Origin: Escherichia coli
GTDB lineage: Bacteria; Pseudomonadota; Gammaproteobacteria; Enterobacterales; Enterobacteriaceae
Strand: one strand, 5' to 3'
Length of the DNA stretch: 64,000 nucleotides
Assembly (NCBI RefSeq): GCF_001677475.2
Contig: NZ_CP015229.1
Part shown: one piece after another, positions 20,870 through 31,332 of the stretch
How the letters are laid out: each line of letters opens with the position of its first letter
Numbering within the stretch: position 1 is the stretch's first letter
The notes under the pieces: generated by a model
The model's input: the letters and a program-made list of their open reading frames with translations, nothing else
Database searches by the model: none
Told to the model about the DNA's origin: nothing
Program-made: the position numbers and the translations under genes

Positions 20870-22252
20870 ATGAAAGAAAGCAATAGCCGCCGTGAGTTTC
20901 TGAGCCAGAGCGGTAAGATGGTCACCGCCGCCGCGCTGTTTGGTACCTCTGTGCCGCTCGCCCATGCGGCAGTCTCTGGCACAACCCACTGCGAGGCAAA
21001 TAACACCATGAAAATCACTGACCCGCACTACTATCTCGACAACGTGCTGCTGGAAACCGGTTTTGACTACGAAAACGGTGTGGCGGTGCAGACCCGCACG
21101 ACACGCCAGACCGTGGAGATTCAGGACGGCAAAATTGTTGCCCTGCGCGAGAATAAGCAGCATCCGGACGCCACGCTGCCGCACTATGACGCTGGCGGTA
21201 AGCTGATGCTGCCCACCACCCGCGACATGCATATTCATCTCGACAAAACCTTCTACGGCGGGCCGTGGCGCTCGCTCAATCGTCCGGCAGGCACCACCAT
21301 CCAGGACATGATCACGCTTGAGCAGAAAATGCTGCCGGAGTTGCAACCGTACACTCAGGAGCGGGCGGAAAAACTGATCGATTTATTGCAGTCGAAAGGC
21401 ACCACCATTGCCCGTAGCCACTGCAATATCGAACCGGTTTCCGGCCTGAAAAATCTGCATAACTTACAGGCGGTGCTGGCACGACGTCAGGCGGGCTTCG
21501 AGTGTGAAATTGTCGCCTTCCCGCAGCACGGTTTACTGCTGTCGAAATCGGAGCCCTTAATGCGTGAAGCGATGCAGGCAGGGGCGCATTACGTCGGCGG
21601 GCTGGACCCGACCAGTGTCGATGGCGCGATGGAAAAATCCCTCGACACCATGTTCCAGATTGCGCTGGACTACGACAAAGGCGTCGATATTCACCTGCAC
21701 GAAACCACTCCGGCGGGCGTGGCAGCCATCAATTATATGGTTGAAACGGTAGAGAAAACGCCGCAGCTTAAAGGCAAGCTGACCATCAGCCACGCCTTTG
21801 CGCTGGCTACGCTCAACGAGCAACAGGTCGTTGAGCTGGCGCACCGGATGGCGGCGCAGCAAATTTCTATCGCCTCGACGGTGCCGATTGGCACGTTGCA
21901 TATGCCGCTCAAACAGCTACACGACAAAGGTGTAAAAGTGATGACCGGCACCGACAGCGTTATCGACCACTGGTCGCCTTACGGCCTGGGCGACATGCTG
22001 GAAAAAGCCAATCTGTATGCGCAGCTCTATATTCGCCCTAACGAACAGAATTTGTCCCGCTCGCTGTTTTTAGCCACTGGTGATGTGTTGCCGCTCAACG
22101 AAAAGGGCGAGCGTGTCTGGCCTAAAGCGCAGGATGACGCCAGCTTTGTGCTGGTGGACGCCTCCTGTTCTGCCGAGGCAGTGGCGCGTATCTCGCCGAG
22201 AGCCGCAACGTTCCATAAAGGGCAACTGGTGTGGGGGAGTGTGGCAGGTTGA
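20870..22252 (+). CDS. yahJ: metal-dependent amidohydrolase/deaminase with Tat-like signal
   Basis: 460 aa; N-terminal SRREFL twin-arginine-like motif and hydrophobic region; amidohydrolase His motifs (HIHLDK, HLHE). Confidence 0.8.
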   Translation: MKESNSRREFLSQSGKMVTAAALFGTSVPLAHAAVSGTTHCEANNTMKITDPHYYLDNVLLETGFDYENGVAVQTRTTRQTVEIQDGKIVALRENKQHPDATLPHYDAGGKLMLPTTRDMHIHLDKTFYGGPWRSLNRPAGTTIQDMITLEQKMLPELQPYTQERAEKLIDLLQSKGTTIARSHCNIEPVSGLKNLHNLQAVLARRQAGFECEIVAFPQHGLLLSKSEPLMREAMQAGAHYVGGLDPTSVDGAMEKSLDTMFQIALDYDKGVDIHLHETTPAGVAAINYMVETVEKTPQLKGKLTISHAFALATLNEQQVVELAHRMAAQQISIASTVPIGTLHMPLKQLHDKGVKVMTGTDSVIDHWSPYGLGDMLEKANLYAQLYIRPNEQNLSRSLFLATGDVLPLNEKGERVWPKAQDDASFVLVDASCSAEAVARISPRAATFHKGQLVWGSVAG

Positions 22253-22549
22253 TACGCATTTAATATGTCTGCAACGGTGAACAGTAAGAGATTTAAGCCC
22301 CAGGGAGTGGGGCGGCAATGGTTGCTAATGAATCATCCTGAACTTTATAATCTCCAGGCATAATTTCCAGGGGATTATTTGAGAGAAATACACAAAAGTG
22401 AGTTTTAACAAAGGTATTTATCAGGCCATAAATGTGACCTGCTTCGGATAAAAAAGATTAAACATAGAAAAACCAATGATACTCTTGCTGATGGTTACCA
22501 ACAGTAATTAAGATGTGATTTGTTTTTCCGTAATCGCGAAAATATTCTC

Positions 22550-22960
22550 ATGACCATAAAAGAAAAAATCTTACAAAAATATCCCCATGCTTCCTTTTGT
22601 ACTTTTGGCGATTCAGCAGCGTTGGCCGATCACCTCGCAACGTTGATTGCGACTGGTGTTAAAACTGCTTCCTGTGGTTCGCTGGCGGGATGTATTGAAG
22701 ACAACGCATTTCCGCTGATTGGTGAGTATAAGATTGTAGAAAATAGCCGTGGTGAGCCTGTCTGTGTTATCAGAGTTATTGGCCTGCATTTACTGCGCTT
22801 TTCTGATGTCACCGCGGAGCTTGCCCGTAAGGAAGGTGAAGGTGACCTCAGTCTTGAATATTGGCGTAATGAACACCGTCGTTTTTTCCAGGCAGAAGGA
22901 AGCTATTCACCAGAAATGGACGTTATCTTTGAAGAATATGCCCTTATTGACGTTGTGTAG
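22550..22960 (+). CDS. hypothetical small protein (possible ASCH-like fold)
   Basis: ORF starting MTIKEKILQKYPHASF; weak SD; absent from the K-12 backbone as I recall it; fold assignment is a guess. Confidence 0.4.
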   Translation: MTIKEKILQKYPHASFCTFGDSAALADHLATLIATGVKTASCGSLAGCIEDNAFPLIGEYKIVENSRGEPVCVIRVIGLHLLRFSDVTAELARKEGEGDLSLEYWRNEHRRFFQAEGSYSPEMDVIFEEYALIDVV

Positions 22961-23210
22961 ATATCTATTTATCTACGTGAAATAAGCTCACAAACATAAA
23001 ATGTCGCTAATTTTGTTTATCTTGCTATTTTTTACGTGATGAATATCACACTTATTGTTGCTGCCCGTTTTGTCCATATTTATAACCATATTTTTAATAG
23101 CTGCCTGAAATAGGGCTGTTTATTCTGCATAAAAATATTCGAAAATTCTTATTCTCTCCAGCGCGCTAATTTGGGCGAACACTTCCTGACTACCCTGCAA
23201 TGAGGCTGAA

Positions 23211-24197
23211 ATGATGAATAAACGTTTTGTTATCAATATGGTGTCTTCGCTGTTATTAGGCGCTGCGCTAATTTCTGCGCCGCTCCAGGCAGCGGAAAAA
23301 GTCGTGGTGAATATCTCTAAAGTCGATGGTATGCCGTGGTTTAATCGCATGGGCGAAGGTGTGGTCGAGGCGGGTAAAGCCTTTGGTGTTAATGCGTCAC
23401 AGGTGGGGCCTTCAAGTACTGATGCTCCGCAACAGGTTAAAATCATTGAGGATTTAATCGCCCGTAAGGTTAATGCAATTACTATTGTGCCAAACGATGC
23501 CAACGTGCTGGAACCGGTATTCAAAAAAGCGCGAGATGCCGGAATTGTGGTTCTGACCAACGAATCCCCCGGTCAGCCAAGTGCTAACTGGGATATCGAA
23601 ATCATTGATAACGAAAAATTTGCCGCTGAATATGTTGAGCATATGGCGAAACGCATGGGTGGCAAGGGCGGTTATGTGATTTACGTGGGTAGTTTGACCG
23701 TGCCGCAGCATAACTTATGGGCTGACTTGCTGGTGAAATACCAGAAAGAGCATTACCCGGATATGCATGAAGTTACCCGCCGCATGCCGGTTGCCGAGAG
23801 TGTGGATGACTCACGTCGTACCACACTGGACCTGATGAAAACCTATCCTGACTTGAAAGCGGTTGTCTCCTTTGGTTCAAACGGTCCGATTGGCGCGGGA
23901 CGTGCGGTGAAAGAGAAACGGGCGAAAAATAAAGTCGCAGTCTATGGCATGATGATCCCTTCACAGGCGGCATCACTGATTAAAAGTGGTGATATCACCG
24001 AAGGGATTACTTACGATCCGGCCTCTGCAGGTTACGCACTCGCAGCCGTCGCCAGCACGTTGCTGAAGGGTGAAGAGATCAAACCTGGATTAGAAATGCA
24101 GAATCTGGGTAAGGCCGACGTAGATATGGATAAGCGAATTATCCGTTTCCATAAGGTATTACTGGTCAACAAAGACAATATCGACTCACTTTATTAA
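23211..24197 (+). CDS. ABC transporter periplasmic sugar-binding protein (LsrB/RbsB-like)
   Basis: 328 aa with signal peptide (…LLLGAALISAPLQAAEK) and type-I periplasmic binding fold; first gene of a 4-gene ABC cluster. Confidence 0.8.
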   Translation: MMNKRFVINMVSSLLLGAALISAPLQAAEKVVVNISKVDGMPWFNRMGEGVVEAGKAFGVNASQVGPSSTDAPQQVKIIEDLIARKVNAITIVPNDANVLEPVFKKARDAGIVVLTNESPGQPSANWDIEIIDNEKFAAEYVEHMAKRMGGKGGYVIYVGSLTVPQHNLWADLLVKYQKEHYPDMHEVTRRMPVAESVDDSRRTTLDLMKTYPDLKAVVSFGSNGPIGAGRAVKEKRAKNKVAVYGMMIPSQAASLIKSGDITEGITYDPASAGYALAAVASTLLKGEEIKPGLEMQNLGKADVDMDKRIIRFHKVLLVNKDNIDSLY

Positions 24198-24245
24198 TCC
24201 ATTTCTTCGGGGCGAAAGCCCCGATTCTTATTGCCAGGGGATGTT

Positions 24246-25730
24246 ATGGAAACCTTCCTTTCCCTTCGTCATATCAACAAAACGTTTCATGCCACGCGAG
24301 CGCTGCGCGATGTTTCTCTCGACTTTATGTCGGGTGAAGTGCACTGCCTTGCCGGGCAAAACGGCTGTGGTAAATCGACGTTGATTAAAATTATGTCCGG
24401 TGTTTATCGCCCGGATGAGGGAGCGGAAATTACGCTTGGTGGAAAAAACTGGTCAAAGCTGACACCCGCCGCTTCGGTGGCGCAGGGGATTCAGGTGATT
24501 TATCAGGACCTCTCTTTATTTCCTAACCTGAGTGTCTGGGAGAATATCGCCGTGAATCACTATCACCACGGTCTGTTTGTTAACCGCCGTCGTCTGCGTG
24601 AGGTGGCGCAGGTGGCAATGACCAGTATTAACGTCACATTGCCACTGGATACGCTCGTTTCTGAGCTTTCAATTGCCCGCTGTCAGCTGGTGGCAATTTG
24701 CCGTGCACTGGCGCAGGACGCACGGTTGATCGTGATGGATGAACCAACCGCTTCGCTGACCCATCAGGAAGTGCAAGGGTTATTACAGGTGGTGCATCAA
24801 TTGCGGGAACGTGGGATCTGCGTGGTTTTCGTCAGTCATCGTCTGGAAGAAGTGATGGAAGTTTCCGACCGTATTTCAGTGCTGAAAGATGGTGAGCTGG
24901 TCGGGACTTTTCCGGCTGCAGAGATGACCACAAAACAACTCGGTTTCCTGATGACCGGCCAGGAGTTTGAATATCAGGTGCGAGAGTTGTGGCAGGGAAA
25001 ATCCAGCACCCCAGTGCTGGAGGTGCGTAATTTAAGTCGTCATGGGGAATATCAAAATATTAACTTGCGGGTGGAAGCGGGCGAAGTGGTGTCGATTGTT
25101 GGCCTGCTTGGTGCGGGGCGCACGGAATTATGTCTGAGTCTGTTTGGTATGACCCGACCGGATGCTGGCGAGATCCTCATCAACGGCCAGCCGGTTACAC
25201 TGCAAAGTAACCAGGACGCCATCCGCCACGGTATTGGTTATGTTTCGGAAGATCGCATGTCGCGCGGTTTGGTGATGGCGCAATCTATTGAAGACAACAT
25301 CATTAGCACTGTTTTTCACAAGGTAAAAGATCGCTTCGGCTTTCTGAGTGAAGCTAAAGTGCGAGACCTGGTGGACAGGCTAATCAAGGCATTGACCATC
25401 AAAGTCTCTGATCCTCATCTCCCGGTGAATACGCTTTCTGGTGGTAACGCGCAGCGAGTATCGATCGCCAAATGGCTGGCGATTGGGCCACGACTGTTGA
25501 TTCTCGATAGCCCGACAGTCGGTGTTGATATCGCCAACAAAGCAGGAATATACGGCATTATCAGCGATCTGGCGGCTCATGGCATTGCGGTATTGATGAT
25601 CTGCGATGAAATTGAAGAAGCGTGGTATCAAAGCCACCGGATTTTGGTAATGCAAAAAGGTCAGATCACCCATAGCTTCCTGCCTGACAGCAGTTCTCAG
25701 GCCAGGATTGCGGAGGTGGTAAATGGCTGA
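24246..25730 (+). CDS. ABC transporter ATPase with duplicated nucleotide-binding domains
   Basis: Two Walker A motifs (GQNGCGKST; GLLGAGRTEL) and two signature/Walker B regions; ~495 aa as in ribose/galactose-type importers. Confidence 0.85.
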   Translation: METFLSLRHINKTFHATRALRDVSLDFMSGEVHCLAGQNGCGKSTLIKIMSGVYRPDEGAEITLGGKNWSKLTPAASVAQGIQVIYQDLSLFPNLSVWENIAVNHYHHGLFVNRRRLREVAQVAMTSINVTLPLDTLVSELSIARCQLVAICRALAQDARLIVMDEPTASLTHQEVQGLLQVVHQLRERGICVVFVSHRLEEVMEVSDRISVLKDGELVGTFPAAEMTTKQLGFLMTGQEFEYQVRELWQGKSSTPVLEVRNLSRHGEYQNINLRVEAGEVVSIVGLLGAGRTELCLSLFGMTRPDAGEILINGQPVTLQSNQDAIRHGIGYVSEDRMSRGLVMAQSIEDNIISTVFHKVKDRFGFLSEAKVRDLVDRLIKALTIKVSDPHLPVNTLSGGNAQRVSIAKWLAIGPRLLILDSPTVGVDIANKAGIYGIISDLAAHGIAVLMICDEIEEAWYQSHRILVMQKGQITHSFLPDSSSQARIAEVVNG

Positions 25731-26694
25731 ACTGAAAAAACGCCATGAATTCTGGCTGGCATTACTGATTGTGGTGCTGTTTGTTGGCCTTGCCTGGCGC
25801 AGCGACGAGTTTCTGACATTCGGTAATTTGTACGATCTCGCCAATAACTATGCCATGTTGACTATTCTCGCCTGTGGTTTGTTTGTGGTGTTAATTTCCG
25901 GTGGGATTGATATTTCGTTTCCGGCAATGACCATCATTGCGCAATACGGCATGGTGCTGTTGCTGCAAAAAATTGGTGGCAACTTTGCTGTCGCGTTTGC
26001 CCTGGCGGGCGGCATCGGCATTTTACTTGGCTTAATAAACGCCTTACTGGTTAATCGCCTACGGGTGCCGTCTATCATCATCACCATTTCGACGCTGAAT
26101 ATTTTCTATGGCCTGCTGTTATGGTTGAGTAAAGGTGTGTGGCTGTACGACTTTCCGCCGTGGTTTGAGCAGGGGGTAATGTTGTTCAAGTACACCGATG
26201 CTGACGGCTATGACTATGGCCTTGGTCTGCCGCTGATCGCCATGATTACGGTGGTGCTGCTGACAGCGTTTATCATGAATTTCACCAGTGTAGGGCGCAA
26301 AATTTATGCCCTTGGCGGGAATCGTGAATCAGCCAGTCGCATCGGCTTTAGTGTGCTGAAACTGCAACTTTTCGTCTACGGCTATATGGGATTGATGTCT
26401 GGTGCTGCGGGTGTAGTGCAGTCGTGGACGGTGATGACTGTCGCCCCCGATTCTCTTCTGGGTTATGAGCTGACAGTACTGGCTGCGGTGGTGCTTGGCG
26501 GCACTAGTTTGCTCGGCGGGCGCGGCACGTTAACCGGTACTTTGCTCGGCGTGGTGTTGTTGGCAGTGATGCAAAACGGGCTAAATTTATTGGGAGTCTC
26601 GTCTTACTGGCAAACATTGATCACAGGCATCATCATCGTTGCCAGCATTAGCGCCACGGCGTGGAGTCAGCATCAGAACCGGAGTCTGCTATGA
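25723..26694 (+). CDS. ABC transporter permease
   Basis: 323-aa polytopic membrane ORF overlapping the ATPase stop. Confidence 0.8.
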   Translation: MAELKKRHEFWLALLIVVLFVGLAWRSDEFLTFGNLYDLANNYAMLTILACGLFVVLISGGIDISFPAMTIIAQYGMVLLLQKIGGNFAVAFALAGGIGILLGLINALLVNRLRVPSIIITISTLNIFYGLLLWLSKGVWLYDFPPWFEQGVMLFKYTDADGYDYGLGLPLIAMITVVLLTAFIMNFTSVGRKIYALGGNRESASRIGFSVLKLQLFVYGYMGLMSGAAGVVQSWTVMTVAPDSLLGYELTVLAAVVLGGTSLLGGRGTLTGTLLGVVLLAVMQNGLNLLGVSSYWQTLITGIIIVASISATAWSQHQNRSLL

Positions 26695-27647
26695 AAAAAT
26701 CGTGGCGTAATAACGTTGAGTTTTACTTGATCGGCCTGCTGGTACTAACTGTTGCCGCCTTCAGCATTACTATGCCGGAGATTTTCTGGTCGATAAGTAA
26801 TTTCCAGTCCGTCGCTTCGCAAATGCCCGTGCTGGGCATTCTGGCGTTGGCTATGGCGGTGACCATGCTTTGCGGTGGCATTAACTTGTCAATTATTGCC
26901 ACTGCTAACGCCTGTTCACTGGTGATGGCGTGGGTGGCGACTCAGTATCCACCGGGTATTGCTACGGTTGTCGCTACGCTGCTGGCGGGCGCTGGCGCGG
27001 CGGTGATAATCGGTTTATGTAACGGCGTATTGATTGCTGGTATTCGAGTGTCGCCAATTCTTGCAACGCTTGGGATGATGACATTGCTCAAAGGGGTAAA
27101 TATTCTGGTGACAGGCGGTAGCGCCATTGCCAATTATCCCTCATGGGTGCTGTGGTTGAATCATGCACAGTGGTTCGGTATTCCGCTACCGATGTGGTTG
27201 TTTACCGCAGTGGCGCTGGGGCTGTGGATATTGCTGGAGAAAACGCCGCTCGGTAAAGCCATTTATCTGATTGGTTCTAACGAACGAGCAACACTTTACT
27301 CCGGTATTAACACTCGTCGGGTGCTGATATGGGTGTATGTCATTTCCGCCTTGCTTTGTGCGGTAGCGGCATTTTTGATGATGTCGAAACTCAACTCGGC
27401 TAAGGCCTCTTATGGCGAATCGTACTTGCTGGTGTCAATCCTCGCGGCAGTACTCGGCGGGGTTAATCCGGACGGCGGCAGCGGGCGGATAATTGGTATG
27501 GTGCTGGCGCTGTTTCTTCTGCAAATTATTGAAAGCGGCTTCAATATTCTCGGTATAAGCCCCTACCTGACGATGGCCTTATGGGGAACGTTGCTGCTCT
27601 GTTTCATTCAGGCTCGCGGCATGTTGGGGCTGGATCGGGTGGTTTAA
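26691..27647 (+). CDS. ABC transporter permease
   Basis: Polytopic membrane ORF; ATG after a GGAG SD overlaps the upstream stop (ATGA coupling). Confidence 0.8.
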   Translation: MKKSWRNNVEFYLIGLLVLTVAAFSITMPEIFWSISNFQSVASQMPVLGILALAMAVTMLCGGINLSIIATANACSLVMAWVATQYPPGIATVVATLLAGAGAAVIIGLCNGVLIAGIRVSPILATLGMMTLLKGVNILVTGGSAIANYPSWVLWLNHAQWFGIPLPMWLFTAVALGLWILLEKTPLGKAIYLIGSNERATLYSGINTRRVLIWVYVISALLCAVAAFLMMSKLNSAKASYGESYLLVSILAAVLGGVNPDGGSGRIIGMVLALFLLQIIESGFNILGISPYLTMALWGTLLLCFIQARGMLGLDRVV

Positions 27648-27733
27648 ATATTGGCTATATTCAATGGACGCGTTTTGCCGCGATGACATATCAGGCATCG
27701 CCAAATACACATAGCTAATCAGGAGTAAACACA

Positions 27734-28783
27734 ATGAAGATCAAAGCTGTTGGTGCATATTCCGCTAAACAACCACTTGAACCGATGGATATCACCCGGC
27801 GTGAACCGGGACCGCATGATGTCAAAATCGAAATCGCTTACTGTGGCGTCTGCCATTCCGATATCCACCAGGTCCGTTCCGAGTGGGCGGGGACGGTTTA
27901 TCCCTGCGTGCCGGGCCATGAAATTGTAGGGCGCGTGGTAGCTGTTGGTGATCAGGTAGAAAAATATGCGCCGGGCGATCTGGTTGGTGTCGGCTGCATT
28001 GTCGATAGTTGTAAACATTGCGAAGAGTGTGAAGACGGGCTGGAAAACTACTGTGATCACATGACCGGCACCTATAACTCGCCGACGCCGGACGAACCGG
28101 GCCATACTCTGGGCGGCTACTCACAACAGATCGTCGTTCATGAGCGATATGTTCTGCGTATTCGTCACCCGCAAGAGCAGCTGGCGGCGGTGGCTCCTTT
28201 GTTGTGTGCAGGGATCACCACATACTCGCCGCTACGTCACTGGCAGGCCGGGCCGGGTAAAAAAGTGGGCGTGGTCGGCATCGGCGGTCTGGGACATATG
28301 GGGATTAAGCTGGCCCACGCGATGGGGGCGCATGTGGTGGCATTTACCACTTCTGAGGCAAAACGCGAAGCGGCAAAAGCCCTGGGGGCCGATGAAGTTG
28401 TTAACTCACGCAATGCCGATGAGATGGCGGCTCATCTCAAGAGTTTCGATTTCATTTTGAATACAGTAGCTGCGCCACATAATCTCGACGATTTTACCAC
28501 CTTGCTGAAGCGTGATGGCACCATGACGCTGGTTGGTGCGCCTGCGACACCGCATAAATCACCGGAAGTTTTCAACCTGATCATGAAACGCCGTGCGATA
28601 GCCGGTTCTATGATTGGCGGCATTCCAGAAACACAGGAGATGCTCGATTTTTGCGCCGAACATGGCATCGTGGCTGATATAGAGATGATTCGGGTCGATC
28701 AAATTAATGAAGCCTATGAGCGAATGCTGCGTGGTGATGTGAAATATCGTTTTGTTATCGATAATCGCACACTAACAGACTGA
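27734..28783 (+). CDS. yahK: Zn-dependent NADPH aldehyde reductase / alcohol dehydrogenase
   Basis: 349 aa; zinc-ADH motifs (GVCHSDIH, GHEIVG) and Rossmann GxGxxG (GIGGLGHMG). Confidence 0.85.
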   Translation: MKIKAVGAYSAKQPLEPMDITRREPGPHDVKIEIAYCGVCHSDIHQVRSEWAGTVYPCVPGHEIVGRVVAVGDQVEKYAPGDLVGVGCIVDSCKHCEECEDGLENYCDHMTGTYNSPTPDEPGHTLGGYSQQIVVHERYVLRIRHPQEQLAAVAPLLCAGITTYSPLRHWQAGPGKKVGVVGIGGLGHMGIKLAHAMGAHVVAFTTSEAKREAAKALGADEVVNSRNADEMAAHLKSFDFILNTVAAPHNLDDFTTLLKRDGTMTLVGAPATPHKSPEVFNLIMKRRAIAGSMIGGIPETQEMLDFCAEHGIVADIEMIRVDQINEAYERMLRGDVKYRFVIDNRTLTD

Positions 28784-28818
28784 AAAAATTAATAAATATC
28801 CTGTGGTTTAACATATTA

Positions 28819-28860
28819 ATTTCGCTCTCCACTTAACTTTTTAGTTAAGGAGAGCGAAAT
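28819..28860. repeat. near-perfect 19-bp-arm inverted repeat downstream of yahK (terminator-like hairpin)
   Basis: ATTTCGCTCTCCACTTAACT / AGTTAAGGAGAGCGAAAT arms around a TTTT loop; no flanking U-run. Confidence 0.45.
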
Positions 28861-29025
28861 AATATCAAAGTAGCAGTAAAACCTATAACGTAAATTCAAA
28901 TTGTTAAATTAACTCCCTCCAGGACACAATACTTCACACGTTAGTTATGAGCGATTTCTGATAGTGCTTGGTTTAATCAGAGCTTTATTATCTGCGACGT
29001 TTATTTTTATTTAAGAGAGATCGCG

Positions 29026-29841
29026 ATGATATCATTAAAAGCTCCGCACAATAATTTGATGCCATATACGCAACAAAGCATACTTAATACGGTTAAAAAC
29101 AATCAGTTACCAGAGGATATCAAAAGCTCCCTGGTTTCCTGTGTCGATATATTCAAGGTTTTGATTAAACAATATTATGATTATCCTTATGATTGTCGTG
29201 ATGATTTAGTCGATGATGACAAACTCATTCATCTCATGGCTGCCGTGCGAGACTGTGAGTGGTCAGACGATAACGCACTCACCATAAATGTGCAGTTTAA
29301 TGATTTCCCTGGGTTTTATGACTGGATGGATTACCCTGATCACCCGGTTAAGTTTGTTTTTCGCATACTTGAAAATCAAAAAGGGACAGTTTGGGTATAT
29401 GACCAGGATGATGCGTTTCTTGATATTAAAGCAAATGTGCAGGCTGGACGCTTTACCGGGCTTAAGAAATTAGTGCAGTTTATCGATTCAGTGCGAACAG
29501 ATTGCAAATGTATTCTTCTTGAACACCATATGCCTTTGCTGAGACTTTTCCCTAAAGGGAAAGAGTGTATGCATGTGGAAAAATGGCTTCGCGAAATGTC
29601 GTCTATTCCGGAGACCGACGCACCCATTAAGCAGGCGCTTGCGCATGGATTATTATTACACTTAAAAAATATCTACCCTGTTTTTCCTGAATCACTGGTG
29701 AGGTTATTGCTCTCTGTTCTGGACGTAAAAACATACAGAGATGATGCGCGATTAAATCAATGGATATCTAATAGAGTGCAGGAATTAGGTGACAGATATT
29801 ATCCTGTAAATAAGCACGTTAAAATCCGCTACACTCTTTAG
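29026..29841 (+). CDS. yahL: hypothetical protein
   Basis: 271-aa ORF in an AT-rich region; backbone position. Confidence 0.7.
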   Translation: MISLKAPHNNLMPYTQQSILNTVKNNQLPEDIKSSLVSCVDIFKVLIKQYYDYPYDCRDDLVDDDKLIHLMAAVRDCEWSDDNALTINVQFNDFPGFYDWMDYPDHPVKFVFRILENQKGTVWVYDQDDAFLDIKANVQAGRFTGLKKLVQFIDSVRTDCKCILLEHHMPLLRLFPKGKECMHVEKWLREMSSIPETDAPIKQALAHGLLLHLKNIYPVFPESLVRLLLSVLDVKTYRDDARLNQWISNRVQELGDRYYPVNKHVKIRYTL

Positions 29842-30252
29842 TTCAGAAAGGGTTCCACCTGTAAGGCGTTATTACACCAGAGAGTGAATCGCAAAGCAGG
29901 TAATCATTTCATCTGTATATCCGTATGCCAAATGGCATTCCACCGCCTTTTTCGCCGATATTTTGTTGTGATCGGCGACGCTTCGCTTAAAAAAGCACCA
30001 GCAGTGGTTTCGCAGCTATGCGGTGTATAAAAAATGATCTCATGCAGATGTTTTGTGAATGTGTGGGTTGACATTCATATGAAAAAAATCATAATTCCAT
30101 CATGTTTGTGTGGGGTCTTTTCTGTACCTTACGCATCGCACTCAAGCCTGACAGAAAATATGCTGTAAGGCTCATATCAAAACCGCCATTAGCTCATCAG
30201 GAAGAGCAGACGACAACCAGGATTGTTGTATGGTACGGGGTTCGAGGCCTCG

Positions 30253-30498
30253 ATGGCGGTCCAACTTTTCAAAACTCTTCTGAATCAGATCCCCTTATTA
30301 TCATCCCTGCAAAGTGGAACATTGCCATTGTTTGGCTATTCAGGACGGGTCAGACCAATGAAAAAAGCCCACACAGGGGAGAGTGGGCTGAAATGGGAAG
30401 CTAAAGACTCAAGTAAACTTATCGGAAATAAGGACCACGCATTACGGGGGCTATCATCGCCGATGGCCGGGATTCGGCAAATCAGGTTGATTACGTAG
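30253..30498 (+). CDS. yahM: small hypothetical protein
   Basis: 81-aa ORF from the second in-frame ATG of the 30223 track ORF; size matches the K-12 gene; weak SD. Confidence 0.4.
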   Translation: MAVQLFKTLLNQIPLLSSLQSGTLPLFGYSGRVRPMKKAHTGESGLKWEAKDSSKLIGNKDHALRGLSSPMAGIRQIRLIT

Positions 30499-30514
30499 AG
30501 AGTAAATTATCTGC

Positions 30515-31186
30515 TCACCGCTGCGTCACCCCTTCGTAAATCAAGCGTAGCGCGAATATACCAATAATTGCACCAATAACCCGACTGGCAACGCGTTGCA
30601 TACGCCCATAAGCACGACGCACTGCGGGCAAAGAAAACGCCTGACTAAGAAAAACTCGCCAGATAATTGATGCGAGCACAATCCCCGCCCAGGCCATTAA
30701 ACGTGCCCATGTTGGTGTTTCGGCATTTAATGTTACTGAGAAAATACTAATAAAAAATAAAACGGTTTGCGGGTTAGAGAGATCGGTAATTAATCCACGG
30801 CGAAAAAAGACATACCAGGGGGCGCTAATCGGTTGTTGTAGTGTGCTCATTTGCGGTGTTGACTGGCGGCGCATGCTGCACCACGCAAACCATAAGAGAT
30901 AAGCGCCGCCGACGATTCTGATAAGCGAAAAAATCTCCTCACACTGCGTAATTAGCGTTGCAAGACCAAACAAACCCAACCCGGAATAAAATGCATCGCC
31001 CAGCGCCACGCCCAGCCCGGTCAGCACCCCTGCGCGTCGACCGGAAGCCAGGCTGGTTTGTACTACCACAAAGAGATTGGCTCCCGGATTAAAAAAAGTA
31101 ATCACGAACAGTCCTACGGTCAGGTAAACGGCGTGCAAAGGATCCATAGTGATTTCATCCATAAATAAGTGAAGTAACTTCATCAT
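30515..31186 (-). CDS. yahN: LysE/RhtB-family amino-acid exporter
   Basis: 223-aa polytopic membrane protein with LysE-type topology. Confidence 0.8.
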   Translation of the reverse strand: MMKLLHLFMDEITMDPLHAVYLTVGLFVITFFNPGANLFVVVQTSLASGRRAGVLTGLGVALGDAFYSGLGLFGLATLITQCEEIFSLIRIVGGAYLLWFAWCSMRRQSTPQMSTLQQPISAPWYVFFRRGLITDLSNPQTVLFFISIFSVTLNAETPTWARLMAWAGIVLASIIWRVFLSQAFSLPAVRRAYGRMQRVASRVIGAIIGIFALRLIYEGVTQR

Positions 31187-31332
31187 ATTTCTACCAAAAA
31201 TAATCGGGTGCGAGAGAGATCACAAAGTGTCTTATTTCCGGTTACTGGCGTTTATGCCCTGACTGAACTAATTATTAATCAACCCAATAATGTGGGTGGG
31301 TGATAGTGTGATAACAACTCTGGAGCCGTAAT

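Noticed and set aside
30102-30404. 100-aa ORF overlapping the proposed yahM
   Set aside because: Overlaps the 30253-30498 frame, which matches the expected 81-aa size; neither has a strong SD, so only one low-confidence call was kept.
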